From contig JBGVRA010000062.1 of NCBI GenBank assembly GCA_045127955.1, forward strand, positions 1,428 through 65,427: a stretch of DNA of 64,000 nt, written 5' to 3'. Shown here in pieces: positions 37,901-47,500 of this stretch; within the stretch, counting starts at the first letter, position 1; each line of letters opens with the position of its first letter. The stretch is from Anaeroplasmataceae bacterium (lineage in GTDB: Bacteria; Bacillota_I; Bacilli_A; Acholeplasmatales; Anaeroplasmataceae). The notes beneath the pieces were generated by a model. The model did not search any database and was not told where the DNA came from. It was given only the letters and a program-made list of their open reading frames with translations. Position numbers and translations under genes: made by a program.

Positions 37901-38560
37901 CAATGGATCATCGGTGGTGATGGTTGGGCTTACGATATCGGTTATGGTGGTTTAGACCATGTAATCGCTAATGACCAAGATGTTAATATCTTAGTAGTAG
38001 ATACAGAAGTTTACTCTAATACAGGTGGTCAATCTTCTAAGTCTTCTAGAACAGGTTCTATCGCTAAGTTTACTGCAGCAGGTAAGCCTCAAACTAAGAA
38101 GGATTTAGCTTCTATTGCTATGGCTTATGGTCATGTATATGTTGCTCAAGTATCTCATGGTGCTAACCCTAACCAAGTAATTAAGGCGTTAAAGGAAGCA
38201 GAAGCTTACAATGGTCCATCTATCGTAATTTGTTATGCTCCATGTATCGCTCATAACATTAAGAAGGGTCTATTCATGTCTCAAATCGAAGCTAAGAAGG
38301 CTACTGAATGTGGTTACTGGCCAACATTCCGTTATAACCCTGATTTAGCATTAGAAGGCAAGAACCCAATGCAAATGGATTCTAAGGAACCAGATTGGTC
38401 TAAGTATCAAGACTTCTTAATGAATGAAGGTCGTTATGCTCAATTAGTTAAGGTTAATCCAACTAGAGCTCAAGAATTATTCGATACTAATATTAGAGAT
38501 GCTAAGAAGCGTTATGCTAACTACACTCGTTTAGCTAATATCGAATTCCCAAATAAGTAA
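34982..38560 (+). CDS. nifJ: pyruvate:ferredoxin (flavodoxin) oxidoreductase
   Basis: Single-chain PFOR of 1192 aa. Two 4Fe-4S motifs 'CIQCNQCAFVCP' and 'CTGCGVCLTVCP'. TPP motif 'GGDGWAYDIGYGGLDH'. Confidence 0.95.
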   Translation: MSEKMKRMAIDGNYAAAYSSYAFTEVAGIYPITPSSPMAEYTDEWASQGKKNLFGMPVKVVEMQSEGGAAGTVHGSLQAGALTTTYTASQGLLLKVPNMYKIAGECLPGVIHVSARTIAAQSLAIFGDHQDVMACRQTGFAMLCAGSVQETMDLAGVAHLSAIKTSIPFLHFFDGFRTSHEVNTIEPVDYAVFDKLLDREAVAKFRAEALSPLHPKTRGTAQNDDVYFQTRELQNHKYEGVSDVVEYYMDEIAKATGRQYKPFSYYGAPDAENVIICMGSVTECAEEVVEYLTAKGEKVGVLKVHLYRPFDTKKFLASMPATVKKIAVLDRTIEQGALYEPLCLDVQSVYYNAANAPLIVGGRYGLSSKDTTPDLINAVFNNLKKDQPKDHFTLGINDDIKHTSLEVTESIDVADPTTTELLFFGLGSDGTVGACKNISKIVGDYTEFYSQSYAAYDSKKSGGSTRLHLRFSKKPIRSTYLVNQPHFVSCSLDAYLDKFDMIDGLRNGGTFLLNTVLDANQIVDRLPNKYKRLLAQKNAKFYIIGANAAARECGFRPGLGVNTIMQSAFFKLNEQIMDYEEAKQHMKEFATKTYLKKGQDIVDQNHKAIDMGGTRLVAVAVDPAWATLEDDVKSVDMSRPKFVREIADVINSIKGDSLPLSAFAQFGDDCHMPQGTAAYEKRGVASDVPLWTPENCIQCNQCAFVCPHACLRPFLCTEEEVANAPEGSKFLDATGFKGYKYTLQVSTLDCTGCGVCLTVCPGKPKKAADGTVTKAPALTAHSMVASKEAKEAEIAAYFYDHVTYKSEVAGQNNVKNLQFTKPLFEFSGACGGCGETPYVKAVSQLFGDRMMVANATGCTSIYSGSYPSSPYTTDANGHGPAWANSLFEDNAEFGFGMRMAVETLRDRLQNVMACNLAEMPEEAAALCTKWMENRTSGLVTKELAPQIVAAMEAIDAPYAREILSLKDYLIKVSQWIIGGDGWAYDIGYGGLDHVIANDQDVNILVVDTEVYSNTGGQSSKSSRTGSIAKFTAAGKPQTKKDLASIAMAYGHVYVAQVSHGANPNQVIKALKEAEAYNGPSIVICYAPCIAHNIKKGLFMSQIEAKKATECGYWPTFRYNPDLALEGKNPMQMDSKEPDWSKYQDFLMNEGRYAQLVKVNPTRAQELFDTNIRDAKKRYANYTRLANIEFPNK

Positions 38561-38583
38561 TATTTAAATTAATATAATAATAT

Positions 38584-38616
38584 AAGCCATTTGCTATTTA
38601 GTAGATGGCTTTTTAT
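38584..38616 (+). terminator. rho-independent terminator after PFOR
   Basis: AAGCCAT ... ATGGCTT followed by T5. Confidence 0.7.
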
Positions 38617-38745
38617 TATGCATAAAGTGTAAAAATAATAGAGTATATTTTGCTTATAATGTTATTTTAAAAAATAAAATAATGATATATAATTATATTG
38701 TAGTAAAAAGTAGAGATTACTACTTAATTAAAGGAGAAGAAATAT

Positions 38746-39756
38746 ATGTCATTATTATTTACAAGTATTATTGTATCAATTGTTTTAGTTATTTTAATTT
38801 TTGGTTGTATCTATGGATATAATAAAAATAGTAAAAGAAGATTGCCAAAGAAAATGTATTATTGCTCATTATTAGGTTTATTTGGTTTTGGCATTATTTT
38901 AACTGGTATGTTTACTAAAGTTGAAGCTAACCAAGTTGGTATTGTTTATGATGAATTAAATGGTGGTATTCAAGATCAAACTTATGGTGAAGGTCTTCAT
39001 GTTAAGTCTATTTTTGAAAGTATAACTCAAATCTCAACTGCTAATAGAAGTGCTGCCTTAACTACTACTGGTCAAACAAATGATGGACAATATGCTACAT
39101 TTGAGATTTCTGTAATTTATAAGATAAAAAAAGAAGATGCTGGTAGATTCTATAGAATAACAAACCAAACAGATATTCCAAATGCTGCATTAAATACTAT
39201 TGTTAAGTCAAGTCTTCAAAGTTCAACTATTAAATATAATATTTTTGAATTATTATCTACAGGTTTAGAAACTGCACGTTTAGATTTCTTAAATGATTTA
39301 GCTAATACCTTATATGAAACTTATTATATTACATTAGTTAATGTATCTTTTGATGAAATCGATGGTGGTGAAAATGTTGAAGCTATTCTACAACAAAAGG
39401 CTGAGGCTGAACAAAAGATTGAAGTAGCACAGTTAGAAGCTGAAGCATCTTTAATTACAGCAACCAACCAAGCTGAAATTGAAAAAACATTAGCCGATGC
39501 TGAGGCTTATGCTATTAGAGTTGAAGGTGAAGCAAGTGGTGAGGCTGCAAGTGCTTATATTACAGAGGTTGAAGCCATGATTAATAATTTATATAATAAT
39601 TTAAATAATACTTTAACCTATGCTGAATGTACTGATTTAGTTTTATCTATAATTTTTTATGATACTTGGGATGGAAAACTTCCTGAAGTTTTAACTAGTG
39701 ATTCATTATCTGGTATGATTGGTGGATTACTTGCTAAAGATGAAACAAAAAATTAA
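38746..39756 (+). CDS. SPFH/prohibitin-like membrane protein
   Basis: Two N-terminal TM helices, 'VEANQVGIVYDELNGGI' SPFH onset, and a coiled Ala/Glu tail. Confidence 0.8.
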   Translation: MSLLFTSIIVSIVLVILIFGCIYGYNKNSKRRLPKKMYYCSLLGLFGFGIILTGMFTKVEANQVGIVYDELNGGIQDQTYGEGLHVKSIFESITQISTANRSAALTTTGQTNDGQYATFEISVIYKIKKEDAGRFYRITNQTDIPNAALNTIVKSSLQSSTIKYNIFELLSTGLETARLDFLNDLANTLYETYYITLVNVSFDEIDGGENVEAILQQKAEAEQKIEVAQLEAEASLITATNQAEIEKTLADAEAYAIRVEGEASGEAASAYITEVEAMINNLYNNLNNTLTYAECTDLVLSIIFYDTWDGKLPEVLTSDSLSGMIGGLLAKDETKN

Positions 39757-39780
39757 TTATTAATTAAATAAATTTAATGA

Positions 39781-39809
39781 GCTTAAGTTTGCTGCTTAAG
39801 CTTTTTTTC
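39781..39809 (+). terminator. rho-independent terminator
   Basis: AGCTTAAG-loop-CTTAAGCT followed by T7. Confidence 0.75.
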
Positions 39810-39851
39810 ATGTAATAATTTGCTTAAATGTAAGAAGAATAATTTGAAGAA

Positions 39852-39868
39852 ATATATATATATATATA
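39852..39868. repeat. (AT)8 dinucleotide microsatellite
   Basis: Read directly: 'atatatatatatatata'. Confidence 0.95.
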
Positions 39869-39878
39869 ATGTAGCTTA

Positions 39879-39907
39879 TTGACATGTTTTATATACTTAT
39901 ATATAAT
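39879..39907 (+). promoter_or_regulatory. consensus sigma-A promoter
   Basis: TTGACA (39879-39884), 17-nt spacer, TATAAT (39902-39907). Confidence 0.7.
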
Positions 39908-39943
39908 AGTTTCATTAAAATACATTTTAGGGGAGTGGGAAAG

Positions 39944-41923
39944 ATGAGAAAAATAAATGTTTTATTATTAATTTGTTTATCGTTATTATTTGTTTCATGT
40001 GATAATAAAAATGTTAAGGATGAAAATTCTGATCGTATTTTTAATATTGCTTTAAATAGTAAACATAATATGCAACAAGGTAATATGTATGCTGCTCCTA
40101 TATTAGAAAATATCGGATACAACCAGGCTTTAGAACAAGCAACTATAACTAGTTTATATATTCAAGATTCATCTGATAAAAATTTTTTACCTTATATGGC
40201 TAAAGAGATGCCTGTAGATGTTAGTAAAGATTATACCAATGGTCCAATAATCCAATGTGAGTATGGGATGGCATGGAAGATAGAACTTAGAAATGATTTA
40301 TGTTGGGAAAACGGTGAAAAGATAACAGCAGTTGACTTTATTAACACTATTGTTATTACTAAATCATGTTCTATAGGTGTGGTAAATGCACATAGGTATT
40401 ATCCAGCAAATATCGATGCAGGTATAATAGATATAAGTGATTTGGGTATTAAGGTTGAAGGGAATTCTCTTATTTTAATTTATTCTGAACCTAAAACGGT
40501 AGAAGAAATATGTGACAAGTTAGCTCAAACTGATTTCAACTTAGTAAATGAAAAAATTTATAATAATTGTTTTGTTGAAAAAGATGGAGTACTTCAAAAT
40601 ATTTATGGAAGTTCTCCTGAAAATTACTTAAGCTATGGTCCATATAAATTAATAAAATTAGATGAGGCAGGAATTCATCTGGTTAGAAATGAAAATTGGT
40701 TTGGTTATTCTATATGGAAAGAAGATTATTATCAAACAAAAGAAATAGTAGTTGATTATTTAGAAGATTATTCTAAAAGTTATGATTTATTAGTTGATGG
40801 TAAATACGATTTTGTAGATTTACAATATTATTTAGAGGCATGTGATGAGGATTTATTTGATTTAGTTGATAAGAAATATTTAAAAAAAAGATATAACTAT
40901 AATCCTCAATCTAAGATACTATATTTTAATTCTAATTATGATTCTTTGTTAAAAATGCAAGAAAGAGTAAATGAGAAAAAAGATGTTAATTATAATTATA
41001 CAATATTTTCAATTTTGGAATTTAGGAAAGCATTAACATATGCATTAGAACTAAATTCATTAATAAAAGACTTAGAGTCTATAAGTAAGAGTATGTATTA
41101 TGAGAAACATCCATCTTATACAACAAGAAGAGCAATTAATAAGTACACTGGAGAGTCTTTTTATAATAGTAAAGAATTTGAAGAAATAAAAGAAAATTAT
41201 TTTAAAGAAATCAATGGCGATGTTGATTGCAAACAACTTGTAAAAGATCTCTTTAATGAGGCTTATACTATAGCATTAAACAATGGATATTTAACAGAAA
41301 ATGATATAATAAGTATCAATTTTGGAAACCAACTTCGCGTTGGGGATGAAGGAAGTGTGTTTGTTGCTAAGTGGCAAGAAGCTATGAAAGGAACTTTACT
41401 TGAAGGAAAAGTTAAATTTTATTATTCAGCATCGGAGTTCATTACATTTTATCATGGTTTTCAATATTTTAATATTTTCTGGTCATATCCTGATACTGCT
41501 ACTGATAAAGAGAGTTTGACTATAGAATATGCTTTAACAAATATGGAAAACTTAGGTTTTACAGAATTTAAAGATGAGGAAATTACAATTGAATTTGCTA
41601 AAGTTATTGATATATCTGGTCAGGAATATAATAATGTATCTTTGACTACATCTATTAGTAATTGGATCAATGGATTTAGTGATAAGAAAGTAAATGCTAG
41701 TGTAGTTTTAGATGGCAAAAAAATAACGTTATTATATAAAGATAATGCTGATATAACTAATAAAATATTAGCAGAGTGTGAAAAATTTTTACTTAATGAT
41801 TTTAGTATGATTCCTACCTTAGATAGATATGATTTTGATCTTATTAGCGATAAGGTTAATTTGAATTATGATACAGAAAGTCATATGTTCTTTTATGATT
41901 TTAGATATATAACTTATAATTAA
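39944..41923 (+). CDS. family-5 (OppA-like) solute-binding lipoprotein, orphan
   Basis: Lipobox 'LFVSC'. 'WKIELRNDLCWENGEKITAVDFINT' is the SBP_bac_5 hallmark. ATG 39944 with a GGGGAG RBS; the track's 39884 start lies inside the promoter. Confidence 0.7.
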   Translation: MRKINVLLLICLSLLFVSCDNKNVKDENSDRIFNIALNSKHNMQQGNMYAAPILENIGYNQALEQATITSLYIQDSSDKNFLPYMAKEMPVDVSKDYTNGPIIQCEYGMAWKIELRNDLCWENGEKITAVDFINTIVITKSCSIGVVNAHRYYPANIDAGIIDISDLGIKVEGNSLILIYSEPKTVEEICDKLAQTDFNLVNEKIYNNCFVEKDGVLQNIYGSSPENYLSYGPYKLIKLDEAGIHLVRNENWFGYSIWKEDYYQTKEIVVDYLEDYSKSYDLLVDGKYDFVDLQYYLEACDEDLFDLVDKKYLKKRYNYNPQSKILYFNSNYDSLLKMQERVNEKKDVNYNYTIFSILEFRKALTYALELNSLIKDLESISKSMYYEKHPSYTTRRAINKYTGESFYNSKEFEEIKENYFKEINGDVDCKQLVKDLFNEAYTIALNNGYLTENDIISINFGNQLRVGDEGSVFVAKWQEAMKGTLLEGKVKFYYSASEFITFYHGFQYFNIFWSYPDTATDKESLTIEYALTNMENLGFTEFKDEEITIEFAKVIDISGQEYNNVSLTTSISNWINGFSDKKVNASVVLDGKKITLLYKDNADITNKILAECEKFLLNDFSMIPTLDRYDFDLISDKVNLNYDTESHMFFYDFRYITYN

Positions 41924-41939
41924 TATTTTATTAAATATA

Positions 41940-41976
41940 GACTATTACTAATTATTTTAAGTAGTAGTCTTTTTTC
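41940..41976 (+). terminator. rho-independent terminator
   Basis: AGACTATTACT ... AGTAGTAGTCT followed by T6. Confidence 0.7.
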
Positions 41977-42060
41977 TTGCAAGAAAGTATATTAAATGTT
42001 ATAATCCTTTTGGAAGTTATGTAAATAACTTTAATATACTATTTATAATGGAGACTTTTT

Positions 42061-42792
42061 ATGAATTATACGCATAAGTACGCTATGCAATTAAATGAAG
42101 AAATTGTCTCTCATGAAGATACATATAATATTATTTTAGATAGCCAAAAGCTATATGTGCTTAGATTTGATGGAGTTAAAATGACAAAGAACTTTTTAGG
42201 AAATCCAGATTCAAGAACTCCATTTTTTAAAACAATGAAAGAAACACTTCAATGTTTTATGGAAAATAATTTAAATTTAAAATTTGCATATTCTTTTAGT
42301 GATGAAATTTCTATTTTTTTAACTAAAGAATCATTAGAAGAATATAAGTATCGATTAGAAAAAATTATTTCTATTTATTCAAGCCAAATGGGGTTCATTT
42401 TTGCTGCTATTGCTACCAAAAATAAATTAAATCTTGATGGGAAAATTAGAGCATTTGATTGTAGAATTATCGAGTTCGATAATATGTATGAAATTAGGGA
42501 ATATTTTGTTTCAAGACAAGTATTCCAAATTTCGAGTCATTTTCTAAGATTGAAATATTTATATTTACCTAAGCTAAAAGCAACCAATACTGATATTATT
42601 AAGGTTAATTTAAAGAGTCATGGAATAGATTATGATAAATTAAGTAAATCAGAAAAATACGGTTTTTTATATGTTGAAGATTGTTTTCAACAAATATATG
42701 AGTTTTTAGAAAATAGAGATAAGTTAATGCATCAATTAGAGCTTAATCCTCAATTTGTCTATATGAAAAAACTAGAAAAGAGAAGAAAATAA
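42061..42792 (+). CDS. Thg1-like protein (tRNA-His guanylyltransferase family, 3'-5' nucleotidyltransferase)
   Basis: 'YVLRFDGVKMTKNF' and 'FAYSFSDEISIFL' carry the Thg1 palm-domain carboxylates (D ... DE). Confidence 0.65.
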   Translation: MNYTHKYAMQLNEEIVSHEDTYNIILDSQKLYVLRFDGVKMTKNFLGNPDSRTPFFKTMKETLQCFMENNLNLKFAYSFSDEISIFLTKESLEEYKYRLEKIISIYSSQMGFIFAAIATKNKLNLDGKIRAFDCRIIEFDNMYEIREYFVSRQVFQISSHFLRLKYLYLPKLKATNTDIIKVNLKSHGIDYDKLSKSEKYGFLYVEDCFQQIYEFLENRDKLMHQLELNPQFVYMKKLEKRRK

Positions 42793-43622
42793 TGTTTAAA
42801 ATAGGATGTCATTTATCAATTAGTAATGGCTTTTTGAAAGCTGCTAAAAATATTATTTCCTTAGGTGGAAACACATATCAATACTTTTCAAGAAATCCTC
42901 AAGGTGGTAAAGCTAAACCATGGAATCAAAAAGATTTTGAAGGTTTTATGGAATATGCTAAAACAGTTGGAATTGAAGTTTTATTATGTCACGCACCATA
43001 TACTTTAAATGCTTGTTCAGCTAATCCTGATACTAGAGAATTTGCTAGAATGGTTATGAAATCAGATATAGAAATGTTAGAACATTTTCCTAATGCTTTA
43101 TATAATTTTCATCCAGGAAGTCATACAGGACAAGGTGTAGAAGTAGGTATTAATCAAATTGTAGAAATACTTAATGAGGTATTATATCCTGAAATGAAGA
43201 CTACAGTGTTACTTGAATGTATGGCTGGCAAAGGTAGTGAAATTGGTAGAAGTTTTGAGGAAATAAAAGATATTATTTCTAAGGTTAATCTAAATGAAAA
43301 ATTAGGTGTTTGTTTAGATACTTGTCATGTTTATTCTGCTGGATATGATATAGTAAATAACCTAGATGGTGTATTAGATGAATTTGATAGAGTTATTGGT
43401 TTAGATAGATTAAAGGCTATACATTTAAATGATTCATTAATGCCTTTTAATTCTAATAAAGATAGACATGCTAAAATTGGTGAAGGTAGTATTGGTAGTG
43501 AGGCTATAATTAGGATTATTAATCATCCAAAACTTTCACATTTACCATTTTATTTAGAAACTCCTAATGAAGATGAGGGTTATAAACAAGAAATTGAATT
43601 TTTAAAACAAAGTAGAAGATAA
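42792..43622 (+). CDS. nfo: endonuclease IV
   Basis: 'IGCHLS', 'HAPYTLN', 'NFHPGSH', 'CLDTCH', 'IHLNDS', 'DRHAKIGEG'. ATGA-type junction with the upstream gene. Confidence 0.9.
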   Translation: MFKIGCHLSISNGFLKAAKNIISLGGNTYQYFSRNPQGGKAKPWNQKDFEGFMEYAKTVGIEVLLCHAPYTLNACSANPDTREFARMVMKSDIEMLEHFPNALYNFHPGSHTGQGVEVGINQIVEILNEVLYPEMKTTVLLECMAGKGSEIGRSFEEIKDIISKVNLNEKLGVCLDTCHVYSAGYDIVNNLDGVLDEFDRVIGLDRLKAIHLNDSLMPFNSNKDRHAKIGEGSIGSEAIIRIINHPKLSHLPFYLETPNEDEGYKQEIEFLKQSRR

Positions 43623-43754
43623 TGCTAAAAAATCAAATAGTTTTTTTAACAAAAAAATAGAATATAATAAAAGTATAGTCAAGATATTTGAGGTTATTAT
43701 TACAACCTCAAGTACATTGACTTTTTTTTATAGCCAAGAATATGAGAGGAAATC

Positions 43755-44141
43755 ATGAAAAAACAAGAAATAAGACATTATCTACAAATATTAAGAAAGA
43801 ATAAATACTTAGAAAAAAATAGTAAAGGTATATATAAAGTAAATATATATAAAAGAAAAAAAGAAATAGAGATCCCCAAATGGGTATTTATGGTTTTTAA
43901 CTATTTAAAAGAAGTCATTAAAAATAGTAAGGATTTATTAATTAAAGGAATTATTAAAATGTATTATTTTGATAATTTAAAGGATTTAGAGATTATATCT
44001 AAGTTACCAATAAGTGAAACATTATACTACAAATATAAAAGAAGTATTGAAGATAATATATATCATGTACTTATTTATGAAGGATTTGTAACAAAAAAAG
44101 AAATAGAAATGGAGGTGAAAATAGATGGATATGATAATTGA
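43755..44141 (+). CDS. small basic protein with a sigma-region-4/ArpU-RinA-like C-terminal HTH (putative locus regulator)
   Basis: GAGAGGA RBS. '...IKMYYFDNLKDLEIISKLPISETLYYKYKRSIEDNIY...'. The family assignment is inferred by eye. Confidence 0.45.
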   Translation: MKKQEIRHYLQILRKNKYLEKNSKGIYKVNIYKRKKEIEIPKWVFMVFNYLKEVIKNSKDLLIKGIIKMYYFDNLKDLEIISKLPISETLYYKYKRSIEDNIYHVLIYEGFVTKKEIEMEVKIDGYDN

Positions 44142-44523
44142 TTTAGTTAATAAATATGGATTAAATACTGTAATATTAGCATTAATAATAAATATATTAA
44201 CTCAAGTATTAAAACTACCAATTACGAAAATAACTGATGATAAAAATATAACAAGATTTATAGTGTTTATGCCTATAATAATAGGATTTATAGTTACATA
44301 TTTATTTAAACTTATTATTTATAAAGAAGTAGTATTTAATCAAGAGTTTATGAATTTATATATTAGATCAACAAGCTTAAGCCTATCATTTTATGCGATA
44401 TTTGAAAAAATATTTCCTAAAAAGAAAATAGAAGATGGAACTATAGAAGCAAGCCAAGAAGTAATAAACATGCTAAATAAAGTAATTGAAGAAGAAAAGA
44501 TAGTATTAAAGGGGAAAAGGTAA
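44125..44523 (+). CDS. holin-like small membrane protein
   Basis: GGAGGTG 7 nt upstream. Two or three hydrophobic helices followed by a highly charged C-tail. It ends 2 nt before the RHS start. Confidence 0.5.
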   Translation: MDMIIDLVNKYGLNTVILALIINILTQVLKLPITKITDDKNITRFIVFMPIIIGFIVTYLFKLIIYKEVVFNQEFMNLYIRSTSLSLSFYAIFEKIFPKKKIEDGTIEASQEVINMLNKVIEEEKIVLKGKR

Positions 44524-44525
44524 GT

Positions 44526-47500
44526 ATGGGAATAATAAAATTAAATAAGAAAAAAGAAGAACAAATAGTATATGAAAAAGAAAATCTTCCTGTTAAAAAA
44601 GAAAAGAAGAAATATGATAATAAGAAGGTAGTATGTGAAGTAGAAGAAAAGAAAAATGAATATGTAAGTACATATTTATTAAATGATGGGACATATGAAC
44701 AAATAATAACAAGTGAAGCATCAAATTATTATGATGAAGAAGAAAAGAAATATAAGAGTATAGATAATGAATTATTCTTAGATGGTGATGTATATAAAAA
44801 TAAAGAAGGAAAATATAGATTTGAGATATTAAAACCTGAAAAGGGTAATAATGTAAAAATTAGTAAAAAGGATATAAGTATATCTTGGGAATATTTAGGG
44901 AAGAAGAACTCTAGAAATGAATTAGTATTAAATCAGAAGTTAGATATTAAAAATAATAATAAGAAAAATAGTAAAGTTAGATATGAAAATATAGAAGTTG
45001 ATTCAGATATTGAATATGTCTTAAGTGGAAATAATATCAAAGAAAATATAATAGTAAAAGAAAAAAGTAGCCAATATGAATATTCTTTTATGCTAGATAT
45101 AAAAGATATGGTATTAAAATTATCTAGTGATAAGACAAAAATAGAAATATATAAGGGTGAAGAAAAAGAATTTGAAATCCCAGCCCCATATATGTATGAC
45201 AGCACAGGAGAAGTAAGTGATGAAGTATATTATGAAGTAGAACCAACAAGTGATGGAAAATATGTATTTAGTGTAATTGCCGAAGCTAGTTGGATTAATG
45301 ATAACAAAAGAGTCTTACCAGTTACAATTGATCCACAAATTGAAGTAGAAAGTAATAAGATAATAAGCTGGAAAACAGAAAAAAGAGTAGTAAATATAGT
45401 AGGTGGCAAAGAAGAATATGGAGTATGGGAAGAAGTAACACAACCAATGTTAAGAGTATATAAGGGAGGAGGTTTAGAATATAGGAGTATAATAACAATT
45501 AATAAAGCCTTAATTAATGGATATGTAGGAGAATTTTGTAATGCAAGATTAAATATAAAAGCAGATAGAGTATACATAGGAAGTATGTTAGTAAATGGAA
45601 AAAATGTAGATGTTAAAACAATTAATTTATCTATTGATGTAATATCAGATGATTATGAAAAAGCAATAGATAAATTAGATATTATCTTAACAAGTAATTG
45701 TAGTGAAAATATATATTTTGATGTTAATAATAATCCGCCTACCTTTACAATTAATTACATAGAAAATGAACATATAAATCATGTTAAAAAGACATTTAAT
45801 TTAGCTAATATAGCTACATCAGAACTTGATTTAGTAACAGGAGATTTAGTAACTAGTATACCTACAGTATTATCAGATTTAACTTTAGGTGTTCCTATTT
45901 ATCATGTTTATAAAAAGGGAGTAGATGATTATAATTTAGGATGTAATTTCAAATTAAATTTACATGAAAAATTAATTAAAAACGAAGGATTATATTATAC
46001 ATATATTGATTCAAATGGTTATAAGCATATAGTAAGAGAATTTAATTACTATAATGATATAAATGATAATAAGGTATATATAAGTGACAAAGAAAATATA
46101 GAAGTAAGTATAGATGGAAGTTTAAAATATAATTCAAATGGAATATATTATAATGTATATAGAGAATATAAATCAATAACAGGATTAGAATTAATAACTA
46201 AGTTAAGTGATTATAAAAATATAGAATTTGTTGAACAAAGAACAGAAGAGATTAAGACTTTAGAAGAACAAATAAAAGCATATGAAAAAGTATTGAAAGA
46301 ATATAGTATTTACAAAATAAAACAACGTAACAATGAATATGTTATAGATGAAAATTGGTATTCAACTATTGTGAATTTAGAAGCATATTTAAATAGTGCA
46401 GATAAAATAAAAGAATTTTTAGAAGTGTTAAGTGTTTCATATGATTATTATTTACTAAGTAAAAATGAATTTGAAACATATTATTCATTAGAGGTTCAAA
46501 ATGAAGGTTTATGGCTACAAGATGAGTTATTGACTATAGAATATAATAATAATTCAAATGTAGTAGAAAAAGAATATAGTCTAGCAAAGAAAAATAATAA
46601 TTCTGGTCAACTGTTAATAGTTATTAATCAACAACAAAAGATATTAAATCAAAGTCTAGAAAATGTTCAAATAATTAAAGATTACTATAAAGAATATAGT
46701 TTATTAAAAGACAAATTAAATCAATTATATTTAACAACCCCAGAAAATTATTTAACAAATGGAAAAATATTAAAAGGATTTAACAGGGATGGAGATTTAA
46801 TAGTAATATATGATATGTATGAAAATTATGTAGTAATAGAATATGAAAGCTATTTACTTAATGATAATACATATCAAAAAAGAATAGGTAGAGTATATGA
46901 TAATTATAATAGATGTGTAATATTAAATTATTCTAATGATTCACACATGTTATTATCAATAACTGACACAAAAGGAAGAAAAACAAGCTTTGGATATATT
47001 GATGGTTATTTAAATAATATTACCTATGATACAGGCGAATATATTGTATTATCATATTATGATGATAATATTACGTCAGTAATAGAAGATAAAAGATGTT
47101 TTAAGACTACAATATCATATATTTATGGTAGACCAGTAAGTTTTAAAAACGAATCATACATCAAAACCATTAGTAAAAATGTTTTAACTAAAGAATTTAT
47201 GGAAATATCTAAAATGTCATTATCATATTCCCCAATTGATATGTATCCAGTTAAGGGTGTCACAATAACAAATAATTTGAATAAAGAAACATATATTTTT
47301 GATAATACAGGATTTAATACAGAATATAGATTATATGAAAATAATAAAGTAGTTAAAGCTTTAAGATATGAATATATACCATATTGGAAAGGTGGAGTAG
47401 CTCAAAATAATCCTAGATCTGTAGTTACATCTACAACTAAGGATTCATTATATAAGTCTTCATTTATATTTACTACAGGAGATGTAGTAACAACAACATT

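Noticed and set aside
39852-39868. The (AT)8 microsatellite as a phase-variation switch for the family-5 binding lipoprotein.
   Set aside because: The repeat lies upstream of the -35 box (TTGACA at 39879), not in the 17-nt spacer or the coding region. Length changes would therefore not alter promoter geometry. At most it acts as an UP-like A/T tract.
43690-43715. The hairpin TTGAGGTT-loop-AACCTCAA between nfo and the RHS operon, as a terminator or as a regulatory 5'-UTR element.
   Set aside because: It has no following T-run, and I could not place a convincing promoter relative to it. Its function is undetermined.
43755-44523. A prophage remnant, since an ArpU-like regulator plus a holin usually mark a phage late/lysis region.
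   Set aside because: No endolysin, capsid, tail, terminase, integrase or att-like repeat is nearby. The two genes are translationally packed onto the RHS gene, so they look like part of the toxin operon rather than a phage module. A phage origin for the parts remains possible.
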